DNA of 32,000 nucleotides from Moraxella nasovis (GTDB lineage Bacteria; Pseudomonadota; Gammaproteobacteria; Pseudomonadales; Moraxellaceae): NCBI RefSeq assembly GCF_022701215.1, contig NZ_CP089976.1, positions 1,200,001 to 1,232,000 of the forward strand, read 5' to 3'. Shown piece by piece: positions 1 to 7,296 of this stretch (position 1 is its first letter; each line of letters starts with the position of its first letter). The notes under the pieces were generated by a model. It saw only the letters and a program-made list of their open reading frames with translations, ran no database searches and was not told where the DNA came from. The position numbers and the translations under genes were made by a program.

Positions 1-73
1 TGCGTTAATTTTTGGCATGAACACGCTTGAGAAAAAAATCCGTATTAAGGGACAAATTGGGGGTGCTGTATGA
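1..73 (+). CDS. 3' end of an upstream ABC-transporter permease gene (partial, gltJ-like by position)
   Basis: Frame 2 is open from the window edge (..ALIFGMNTLEKKIRIKGQIGGAV*). Its TGA (71-73) overlaps the next gene's ATG in an ATGA junction. Identity is inferred only from its position upstream of gltK/gltL-like genes. Confidence 0.4.
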   Translation, partial: ALIFGMNTLEKKIRIKGQIGGAV

Positions 74-741
74 CGATGATGACCGAATTAAGTGCCGCTC
101 TTCCTGCCTTAACTTCAGGATTTATGGTGACATTAAAAGTGCTTGTCTTGGCGATTGTTGGCGGTTTGTCAATTGGCACGGTATTGGCACTTATGCGACT
201 GTCTGGTAAAAAATGGCTGTCAATCCCTGCTGCCATTTATGTTAATTACTTTCGCTCAGTGCCATTGCTGCTTGTTTTGCTGTGGTTTTATTTTGCTGTA
301 CCGATGATCTATAACTGGATTACAGGCAAGTACTTTACCTTAGATACGGCATTTACGTCGTGTGTTGTGGCGTTCATGCTTTTTGAAGCGGCTTATTTTA
401 GTGAGATTGTGCGTGCAGGGATTCAGTCTATTGGGCGTGGTCAAGTGTCAGCAGCTTATGCACTTGGCATGACTTATAAACAGACCATGCAGCTTGTTAT
501 CTTGCCCCAAGCGTTTCGCAAAATGCTCCCTTTGGTGTTACAGCAGTCTATTATTTTATTTCAAGACACAACTTTGGTATTTGCCATAGGCTTAGTTGAT
601 TTTTTCCGTGCGTCCTATGTGCGTGGCGACTTGATGGGTTATTTGACGCCGTATATTTTGGGGGCAGGGTTTGTGTATTTTGTGGTGAGTATCACAGCAA
701 GCGAAGGTGTGAATGCACTTAAAAAACAGCTTAGATTTTAA
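70..741 (+). CDS. gltK: Amino-acid ABC transporter permease (His/Glu/Gln/Arg/opine family, glutamate/aspartate GltK-like)
   Basis: 223-aa ORF that is hydrophobic throughout, with the EAA-type loop region (..FEAAYFSEIVRAGIQSIGRGQVSAAYALGMTYKQTMQLVILPQAFR..) typical of polar amino-acid permeases. It sits directly upstream of a GltL-like ATPase. Confidence 0.85.
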   Translation: MTMMTELSAALPALTSGFMVTLKVLVLAIVGGLSIGTVLALMRLSGKKWLSIPAAIYVNYFRSVPLLLVLLWFYFAVPMIYNWITGKYFTLDTAFTSCVVAFMLFEAAYFSEIVRAGIQSIGRGQVSAAYALGMTYKQTMQLVILPQAFRKMLPLVLQQSIILFQDTTLVFAIGLVDFFRASYVRGDLMGYLTPYILGAGFVYFVVSITASEGVNALKKQLRF

Positions 742-812
742 CTTTTGGGAATGTGACAAGGCGTGCCAATCGCATATCGCCTTTAGCGACTGTTTAAATG
801 TAAGGATAAATT

Positions 813-1631
813 ATGGCAATTGTAGAACAAATTAACGAAACCACTTGGATTAATGAATTTGGCGGATTGGTATCAAACGAAGGTCATGCCTCTGATGAGA
901 TGATGATTCAAATCAAGGATGTGAGTAAATGGTATGGTAGCTTCCAAGTGCTGACCGATTGCACCGCCCACATTCATAAGGGTGATGTGGTGGTGGTCTG
1001 TGGCCCGTCAGGCTCGGGTAAATCTACGCTGATAAAGACGGTCAATGGGCTTGAGCCATTCCAAAAAGGTGCAATTTATGTCGATGGCATCTCTGTAGGG
1101 GATAAAGCAACGAATTTAGCCAAGCTTAGAAGCCGTGTGGGTATGGTATTTCAACACTTTGAATTATTTCCGCACTTATCCATCAAGGATAATTTGACCA
1201 TCGCCCAAATCAAAGTGCTTGGCAGAAATGAAAGTGAAGCTGCCAAAAAGGGCTTGGCTTATCTTGACCGTGTAGGGCTATCTGCTCATGCCAACAAATA
1301 CCCTGCCGAGCTGTCAGGCGGTCAGCAGCAACGTGTCGCCATCGCTCGTGCCTTGGCGATGGACCCTGTTGCCATGCTGTTTGACGAGCCGACATCTGCT
1401 CTTGATCCTGAGATGATTCAAGAAGTGTTAGACGTGATGGTGGGGCTTGCCAAAGACGGCATGACAATGATGTGTGTAACCCATGAGATGGGGTTTGCAC
1501 ACCAAGTGGCAAACCGTATTATCTTTATGGATAAGGGTCATGTGGTAGAAAATTGCAGTCGTGATGAGTTTTTTGCTGGTGCAAGAAGCGACAGGGCAAA
1601 AGACTTTTTGTCTAAAATTTTACAGCATTGA
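813..1631 (+). CDS. gltL: Glutamate/aspartate ABC transporter ATP-binding protein
   Basis: Walker A GPSGSGKST, signature LSGGQQQRVAIARAL and Walker B MLFDEPTSALD are present. From MIQIKDVSKWYGSFQVLTDC onward it closely resembles E. coli GltL as I recall it. AAGGA lies 7 nt before the ATG at 813, and an alternative start is ATG 900. Confidence 0.9.
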   Translation: MAIVEQINETTWINEFGGLVSNEGHASDEMMIQIKDVSKWYGSFQVLTDCTAHIHKGDVVVVCGPSGSGKSTLIKTVNGLEPFQKGAIYVDGISVGDKATNLAKLRSRVGMVFQHFELFPHLSIKDNLTIAQIKVLGRNESEAAKKGLAYLDRVGLSAHANKYPAELSGGQQQRVAIARALAMDPVAMLFDEPTSALDPEMIQEVLDVMVGLAKDGMTMMCVTHEMGFAHQVANRIIFMDKGHVVENCSRDEFFAGARSDRAKDFLSKILQH

Positions 1632-1666
1632 TTTACTGCTTATGTCGCTGATAATAACTACCTAAT

Positions 1667-1696
1667 AAAAACGTGCTAAGATGGCACGTTTTTATT
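1667..1696 (+). terminator. Rho-independent terminator after gltL
   Basis: aaaaacgtgc-taagatg-gcacgttttt hairpin followed by a T-run. Confidence 0.7.
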
Positions 1697-1778
1697 ATCT
1701 AATATTTTGTGATGAGAAATATTGGTAAATCCTGCTAAAACCTTTTAAAATAACCATATCTAATTTTAAGGACAAATC

Positions 1779-2780
1779 ATGTCTGTTTACACCCATCTAT
1801 CTGAAGATGAATTTTTTGCGTTTTGTGGTTTGTTTGGCGTGCCGTTTAAAAAAGCCATTCCCATCACCCAAGGCATCAAAAATTCCAACTGGTTTATCCA
1901 AACCGACCACGACCAAGGCGATGAATTTAGCTTTGTATTTACGCTGTTTGAAGAGCGAGTACCTGCCGATATTATCAAAATGGCAACAGTCATGCATGCT
2001 CTCAACAAACATTTGCCAATTGCCACGCCTTTGACCAAACGCACCGCCAAAGGCGTGAATGTCGGCTCTGATTGTGTCATGCGATATGAAAATAAGGCGA
2101 TTTTGGTTGTACCAAAACTTGATGGCATACACCCTAAAGCGACAACGCTTGCCATGTGCGAGCAAATGGGGCAAGCCTTAGCCATTTTACATGACACTTT
2201 ACAAACCCTGCAACCTGCCGAAGATTATGGTGTGCCTTTATATGATTGGGCAAGGGTCAAAGAGCGTGAAACAGCATTTATGCCAAGCGATGAAGCACGC
2301 TTGATGAACGACATCTGGACAGCATATAGCCATCTGCCAAAAACCTTGCCTAAAGGGCTTTGTCATTTGGACATGTTTACCGATAACACGCTTTGGGAAT
2401 TATCTGATGAAAGCAAGCCTTGCTTGACAGGATTACTTGATTTTACCGAAGTTTCGGTGGAAACTTATGTCATGGATATTGCCATCACCATCAATGATTT
2501 TTGTACCACATGGGGCAATGCTGCCACAGGCGAGAGTGTGGCGTTTGATGAAAATAAAATGATGGCGTTTTTACAAGGCTATGAAAGCATTCGCCCTTTA
2601 ACGCACGATGAAAAAACCGCCCTGCCTGTTATGCTTGCCTATTCTGCGAGCATCTTTTGGCTTCTTCGTTTAAATGTGATTTATTATAATCGTGAACAAG
2701 GACGCACAGGCGATGATATTATGGTGAAAAACCCAGATTTGATGAAACGACTTGCAAGCTATCATTGGGGGCGTGTGTAA
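1779..2780 (+). CDS. thrB: Homoserine kinase, type II (aminoglycoside-phosphotransferase fold, Pseudomonas-type ThrB)
   Basis: 333-aa ORF with AAGGA 6 nt upstream. The N-terminus (MSVYTHLSEDEFFAFCGLFGV..ITQGIKNSNWF) and the HLDMFTDN catalytic-loop motif are typical of APH-family homoserine kinases. Confidence 0.8.
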   Translation: MSVYTHLSEDEFFAFCGLFGVPFKKAIPITQGIKNSNWFIQTDHDQGDEFSFVFTLFEERVPADIIKMATVMHALNKHLPIATPLTKRTAKGVNVGSDCVMRYENKAILVVPKLDGIHPKATTLAMCEQMGQALAILHDTLQTLQPAEDYGVPLYDWARVKERETAFMPSDEARLMNDIWTAYSHLPKTLPKGLCHLDMFTDNTLWELSDESKPCLTGLLDFTEVSVETYVMDIAITINDFCTTWGNAATGESVAFDENKMMAFLQGYESIRPLTHDEKTALPVMLAYSASIFWLLRLNVIYYNREQGRTGDDIMVKNPDLMKRLASYHWGRV

Positions 2781-3664
2781 TGTGCCAACTTCTCGGTATG
2801 AACTGCAACACGCCCACTGACATCGGTTTTAGCTTTACAGGATTTAGGCGGCGTGGGGGAGATACAGACCATCATGCAGATGGGTTTGGTATTGCGTTTT
2901 TTGAGCGTAATGAGCATGGCAAAACAGGCTTGCGGTTGTTTCATGATGATAAGCCGTCTCATTTATCGCCTGTGGCAGATTTGATTAACAGCTATCCCAT
3001 TAAGGCGATTAATGTTATCGCCCATATCAGAAAGGCGACTTATGGCACTAATTCACTTGCTAACACCCATCCTTTTGTGCGTGAAGTGTGGGGTGAGCAG
3101 TGGGTTTTTGCCCACAATGGGCAGATGACAGACAGCTTTATTCGCCAATCTCAAAGGCTGCACGCTAATGGCAACGCTGAGCATTATACGCCTGTCGGTG
3201 ATACTGATAGCGAGCTTGCATTTTGTTATTTGCTTAATCGCCTAAAATCCACCTTTAAATCTCGCCCATCAGATGAAGCGTTATTTGCCTTTTTAACCGC
3301 CCAGTGCCGCTATCTGTCGGCTAATGGATTGTTTAATTGCTTGATTTCTAATGGCAAGTGGCAACTGGCGTATGCTGGAAGCTTACTATTTTATCTGACA
3401 CGCAAAGCTCCATTTGGTGAAGCGGTTTTATCTGATGGTGAGATGTCAGTGAATTTTAGTGATGTAACCACACAGCGTGATAAGGTGACGATTTTGGTGA
3501 CGATACCGCTGACTGATAATGAAAAATGGCAACAAATCGCTGTGGATGAGTGCCTGATTTTTGTAGATGGCGACGTTGTTTTTAGAGATGCATCTAGCAA
3601 AAAAACTTACATGAGTATTGAAGACGGTATCGCTTTAGCAAGAAGTGTGGGAGCAAGCGTGTGA
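2780..3664 (+). CDS. Class II (Ntn-type) glutamine amidotransferase, YafJ-like
   Basis: The ATG at 2780 gives MCQLLGMNCN.., with the obligatory Cys2 nucleophile of class II GATases. The start shares one base with the thrB stop (TAATG). The upstream TTG at 2765 would bury the Cys, so it is rejected. Confidence 0.8.
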   Translation: MCQLLGMNCNTPTDIGFSFTGFRRRGGDTDHHADGFGIAFFERNEHGKTGLRLFHDDKPSHLSPVADLINSYPIKAINVIAHIRKATYGTNSLANTHPFVREVWGEQWVFAHNGQMTDSFIRQSQRLHANGNAEHYTPVGDTDSELAFCYLLNRLKSTFKSRPSDEALFAFLTAQCRYLSANGLFNCLISNGKWQLAYAGSLLFYLTRKAPFGEAVLSDGEMSVNFSDVTTQRDKVTILVTIPLTDNEKWQQIAVDECLIFVDGDVVFRDASSKKTYMSIEDGIALARSVGASV

Positions 3665-4527
3665 TGGAATTTGGCACAAGTTTTTCCCAGATTGATATCC
3701 AAAGCCCTTGGCTTGTTCCATTTTTTGATATGCATGACGCCCTAAAAAAGGATATGGAAAATGGGCAGTTTAATGGGTGTCTGTATTCATGGTTAAACAC
3801 ATTTTTTGATAGTCGCCATTTGGTGCTAAAAAATATAGATGGTAAATTACTTAGCTTTACGCACCAAAATGATTTACCGCATGGATTATCTTACGAAAAA
3901 TTCATCGGCGACACCCAAACTATCCCCACAAGAGATAACTTGCATGATTGGTTTGGGGCGTGTATTTGGTCAGCATTTCCCAAGTCAAAAGCGGTGCTAA
4001 ATGCCAAACACTTAGCAAATTTATCTGATAATAATACGGATAACAAAAGAAATCGTTTGCGAGATACCATCACGGTTTTTGATGAAAATGGGGCAGTATT
4101 GGTCGTGGCGGACGATGAAATTGGCAATCAAATCGCAACAGGACTACAAAACTTTGATTGGCAAACGTGCCTTGTCAATAATCGCTTACATTGGGATAAT
4201 GATGTTGACAATCAGACTGACACAAAAGCCAAAATTTTTATATTTGGTCATGCCTTACTAGAACAGCTGATTGACCCCTATAAGTCATTGTGTAGCCATA
4301 CGATTATTATTAAAGTTCATGCGTCATTTTTTGGCTTGGGCATAGATGAGCAATTAGCCATACTGGATAAAAAATTAGCCGATGAATTAGATATGTTTTT
4401 GAATAAAGACGTTACGCCACGCAATTTGAACCCCTTACCGATACTGGGCGTGCCGTATTTTTGGGATAATGGCAATGCCGATTTTTATGACGATCCTTTT
4501 GTATTTAGGCAGGGGCGTAGACGATGA
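3664..4527 (+). CDS. Conserved hypothetical protein, probably DUF3025 family
   Basis: 287-aa ORF whose ATG overlaps the GATase TGA (GTGATG). The motif ..IPTRDNLHDWFGACIWSAFPKSKAVLNAKH..ITVFDENGAV.. resembles DUF3025 proteins from memory only. The family assignment is unverified. Confidence 0.6.
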   Translation: MEFGTSFSQIDIQSPWLVPFFDMHDALKKDMENGQFNGCLYSWLNTFFDSRHLVLKNIDGKLLSFTHQNDLPHGLSYEKFIGDTQTIPTRDNLHDWFGACIWSAFPKSKAVLNAKHLANLSDNNTDNKRNRLRDTITVFDENGAVLVVADDEIGNQIATGLQNFDWQTCLVNNRLHWDNDVDNQTDTKAKIFIFGHALLEQLIDPYKSLCSHTIIIKVHASFFGLGIDEQLAILDKKLADELDMFLNKDVTPRNLNPLPILGVPYFWDNGNADFYDDPFVFRQGRRR

Positions 4528-4694
4528 GTGGATTTGGGTGGTGTGATGCGTTTATTGATGGCAGGTGTGTTTTGACCGCCTTGTTTGATGGCTTTGATGC
4601 TAGTATTTGACTGATTTTTTTGCCAAAATTGGCAGAAAAAGACAAAGAAAATTACAAAATGACAAATTATTTTTAAAATAATGAAATGGAGTGC

Positions 4695-4772
4695 TTTACT
4701 TTTACAGAATTATTGCTAAAATAAGCGATATTGTTGGGGGGGGGCGACGCCTTTGCTAACTGGTTTTATAAT
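4695..4772 (+). promoter_or_regulatory. Candidate promoter region of the surface-lipoprotein gene (two alternative sigma70 arrangements flanking a G9 tract)
   Basis: P1 is TTTACT (4695-4700), a 16-nt spacer, then TAAAAT (4717-4722). P2 is a perfect TATAAT at 4767-4772 with no good -35, because the expected -35 position abuts the G tract. No experimental TSS is available. Confidence 0.35.
4736..4744 (+). repeat. Homopolymeric G9 tract
   Basis: Nine consecutive G read directly at 4736-4744, 119 nt upstream of the lipoprotein ATG. Confidence 0.95.
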
Positions 4773-4862
4773 CATGAAGCGGCATCGAACTCTCTTAACG
4801 CCTTTCTTGATTTGTAAAGACATCGCTCCCCCTTGATAATCAATCTGTAGACGGAGTTTAAG

Positions 4863-7220
4863 ATGTCTTTTCATAAAGCCAGTGCGGTAACATTACTTGC
4901 ACTTAGTATCGTTGCTTGTAGCAGTAATAACGGTTCGCCAGTCAAGCCAAAACCAAACCCTACCATTCAACCTACCCAAACTAATACCCAAAAAGCCGAA
5001 GCCGAAAAGAAAGCTGCCGAAGAAGCCGCTCGTAAAAAAGCGGAAGAAGAGCGTCTAGCAAAAGAAAAGGCAGAAGCTGAAGCCGAAGCTAAAGCAGAAG
5101 CGGAACGCCTAGCAAAAGAAAAAGCTGAAAGAGAAGCAGAAGAAAAACGTAAAGCCGAAGAAGCTGCCGCAAAAGCCAAAGCAGAAGCAGAAGCTAAAGA
5201 AAAAGCACGCCTAGAAGCTGAGCGTTTAGCCAAAGAAAAAGCCGAAGCCGAAAAGAAAGCCGCTGAAGAAGCCGCTCGTAAAAAAGCGGAAGAAGAGCGT
5301 CTAGCCAAAGAAAAGGCAGAAGCCGAAGCCAAGGCAGAAGCAGAACGCCTAGCAAAAGAAAAAGCCGAAGCAGAACGCCTAGCAAAAGAAAAAGCTGAAA
5401 GAGAAGCAGAAGAAAAACGTATCGCCGCTGTTAAGGCAGACTTAGTCAAGAAAGCCAAAGATGCAGGTCTTAATGACGCTTATGCACAGCAATTTGCTGA
5501 TGATAATGTCGATACCGCTCAAAGCAACCTTGACAATGCCTTAACACAAACCATCACCGATGCAGCAAATGCCGAAAAAGGTCAGGATTATTCTACGCAA
5601 GGACTAAGTGAGAATCGTGGTGGGGTGGGTACTTCTTACGAGAATTATACTTCTATCTCAAATGGTGTTGTTAATAGAGTTAATAGAACCGTCCGTAGTC
5701 AGTCTATCGACTATGTTTATAACCAAGATTATTCCGTTGTTACCGCATCAGGTCAAATCAAAGAAGTTGATGATCATTGGACGGGTCGTAAGTCCGATGA
5801 GTCTTATATTAACATCAATAAAGTTGCAGGTCTTGAGACCCAAGACAGCCACGTCCCAAGCGTAGGGCGTGCTGCTTATACAGGTAAGGCATTCTCCATT
5901 TTAAAAGATGCAGCGAATTTTGAGTATCTGATTGACTTTGATAAGCGCAAAGGTTCTGGTAATATCACAGGTTGGGAATCTGCACTTGGAAGAACCACGC
6001 TTCAAGAAAGCGATTTAACTAAAATTGAGCTGAATGGCAAACAAGTAACAGGCGTAACAGGCAATGTTGCCGATGGCGATTATATCACAGGTGATTATAC
6101 GCTTGGCTTATTCGGTCCGAATGCCGAAGAAGTTGCTGGTAAAGCTAATATTAACAACTATACAGTTGGTTTCGGCGGTAAGAAAGATGCTGCAACCTTA
6201 GCCAAGATTGAAGCCGAAGAAGCTCGTATCGCAGAAGAAGCTCGTATCGCTGCCATCAAAGAAGACTTAACCCAAAAAGCGACAGACGCAGGTCTGACCG
6301 AAGCTCGTATCCAAGCTTATGTAGAAGCAAATGCAAATAACACCGCAGAACAGGCAAATGAAGCCTTGATCGTCGCTGTTAATAAACTTGCCGAAGATAA
6401 AGCTGCATTACTTGAACAGGCGCAAACAGTCGGTCTAGACGAAAACTTTGCCAATCAATACGCCACCAATAATGTAGATACAGCCGCCGATAATCTAAAA
6501 CAGGCACTAGAAGCAACCGCACAAGAACAAGCCAAGGCTGAAAAAGCTAAATCGGAGTTATATCCTGCGGTGGATTTGACTGCGTATCAACCCGATGCTA
6601 ATAGAGTACAATATCAGTCGCCTAATTTTGAGAAGATTGATGAAGAGAGTAGAATAACTCAGTTCCAAGGTTCTCGTTATATTTACCAGCTGCCATATTC
6701 TATCGTTGTAAAAACAACAAATGAGTTGGACGTTCGTAATGACGTTGATTTTACCAACGGTCAGGATAGTCGTGTTGATTTTGACATTACAGGCTTTGCC
6801 ACGACCGAATCTGCACTGCCAACTGAAGGGAAGGCTGTCTATACTGGTAAATCAATAAATACGACTGGAGAGGTAGCTACTTTAGCTTATAATGTAGATT
6901 TTGGTAATCGTGTGGGCTCTGGTCGTATTGTTGGTTATACTCAATATGGTATTATCAATCTAAATGAAGCCAGCATTACAAAAATCAACTTAAAAGGTAA
7001 AGATGTATTGGGTATTGCTGGTGATGCTGTTGTAAGCAAACCTTATAGTTTGTTTAAAGGTGTGAACGGGAAGTATAAGCTTGGCTTCTTTGGTCCAGAA
7101 GCACAAGAGATTGCAGGCTCTGCCGAATTTAACTATTATTCTGAAGATGGTAAGTATCTAAACAAAGATAAGAAAGTTGAAATCGGCTTCGGCGGTACTC
7201 GTGGCGACATCAAAAAATAA
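4863..7220 (+). CDS. Surface lipoprotein with Glu/Lys/Ala-rich helical stalk and two TbpB-type (handle plus 8-stranded barrel) modules; predicted Slam/T11SS cargo
   Basis: GGAG lies 6 nt before the ATG. The signal peptide and lipobox are LLALSIVAC (Cys19, Ser at +2). aa 44-188 are almost entirely A/E/K/R. The TbpB/fHbp-type signature set occurs twice: AAYTGKAF..DFDKRKGSGNITG..LGLFGPNAEEVAGKA..VGFGGKK and AVYTGKSI..DFGNRVGSGRIVG..LGFFGPEAQEIAGSA..IGFGGTR. Confidence 0.85.
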   Translation: MSFHKASAVTLLALSIVACSSNNGSPVKPKPNPTIQPTQTNTQKAEAEKKAAEEAARKKAEEERLAKEKAEAEAEAKAEAERLAKEKAEREAEEKRKAEEAAAKAKAEAEAKEKARLEAERLAKEKAEAEKKAAEEAARKKAEEERLAKEKAEAEAKAEAERLAKEKAEAERLAKEKAEREAEEKRIAAVKADLVKKAKDAGLNDAYAQQFADDNVDTAQSNLDNALTQTITDAANAEKGQDYSTQGLSENRGGVGTSYENYTSISNGVVNRVNRTVRSQSIDYVYNQDYSVVTASGQIKEVDDHWTGRKSDESYININKVAGLETQDSHVPSVGRAAYTGKAFSILKDAANFEYLIDFDKRKGSGNITGWESALGRTTLQESDLTKIELNGKQVTGVTGNVADGDYITGDYTLGLFGPNAEEVAGKANINNYTVGFGGKKDAATLAKIEAEEARIAEEARIAAIKEDLTQKATDAGLTEARIQAYVEANANNTAEQANEALIVAVNKLAEDKAALLEQAQTVGLDENFANQYATNNVDTAADNLKQALEATAQEQAKAEKAKSELYPAVDLTAYQPDANRVQYQSPNFEKIDEESRITQFQGSRYIYQLPYSIVVKTTNELDVRNDVDFTNGQDSRVDFDITGFATTESALPTEGKAVYTGKSINTTGEVATLAYNVDFGNRVGSGRIVGYTQYGIINLNEASITKINLKGKDVLGIAGDAVVSKPYSLFKGVNGKYKLGFFGPEAQEIAGSAEFNYYSEDGKYLNKDKKVEIGFGGTRGDIKK
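4992..5420 (+). repeat. In-frame long direct repeats inside the lipoprotein gene (two copies of about 160-180 nt, built from 30-nt AERLAKEKAE units)
   Basis: Block 4992-5150 (KAEAEKKAAEEAARKKAEEERLAKEKAEAE..EREAEEKR) recurs at 5238-5420 with near-identical DNA plus one extra 30-nt unit. Confidence 0.9.
6216..6251 (+). repeat. Perfect-protein 18-nt tandem duplication (EEARIA x2) in the inter-barrel linker
   Basis: gaagaagctcgtatcgca followed by gaagaagctcgtatcgct. Confidence 0.9.
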
Positions 7221-7253
7221 ACCATCTTGATGATTGAACTTTTACCCAAAAAA

Positions 7254-7284
7254 AACCACTTGGCGGCTGTCAGGTGGTTTTTAT
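7254..7284 (+). terminator. Rho-independent terminator-like hairpin between the lipoprotein and Slam genes
   Basis: aaccacttg-gcggctgt-caggtggtt (one mismatch) preceded by an A-run and followed by tttttatt. AGGAG and the Slam start follow immediately. Confidence 0.6.
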
Positions 7285-7296
7285 TAGGAGTTGATG

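Noticed and set aside
1787-2197. 136-aa and 125-aa minus-strand ORFs inside thrB. Similar long antisense ORFs occur at 11049-11522, 15016-15414, 16137-16493, 20239-20703 and 21253-21681.
   Set aside because: Each lies entirely within, and antisense to, a gene with clear family motifs. Their translations have no recognisable motifs and odd composition, so they are shadow ORFs.
4621-4634. Perfect 14-nt palindrome TGCCAAAATTGGCA flanked by T- and A-runs, downstream of the DUF3025-like gene
   Set aside because: I considered it as a terminator, but the loop would be only 2 nt and no U-tract follows the stem on either strand. It could be a protein-binding site, but nothing else in the window shares the motif. 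I also checked TGGCAG-N5 against the sigma54 -24/-12 pattern, and there is no TTGC element.
4640-4700. Possible Fur box upstream of the TbpB-like lipoprotein gene (for example around aaaataatgaaatgg and aaatgacaaattatttt)
   Set aside because: The best hand alignments to GATAATGATAATCATTATC reach only about 10 of 19 positions in a generally AT-rich stretch. That is not distinguishable from background, so iron regulation cannot be claimed from the sequence.
4774-4836. 20-codon upstream ORF (MKRHRTLLTPFLICKDIAPP) in the lipoprotein leader
   Set aside because: It has no Shine-Dalgarno sequence. It starts two nt after the perfect TATAAT hexamer, so it would be at or before the TSS if that promoter is used. 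No feature suggests a leader peptide.
4967-5458. 163-aa minus-strand ORF (MAFLTKSALTAAIRFSSASLSAFSFARR..), plus a 63-aa one at 5194-5385, antisense to the lipoprotein stalk region
   Set aside because: Both are low-complexity S/A/F/R translations. They are the mirror image of the GAA/GCN/AAA-rich repeat on the plus strand, and an open antisense frame is expected from that composition. There is no RBS, and the plus-strand gene has strong lipobox and domain evidence.
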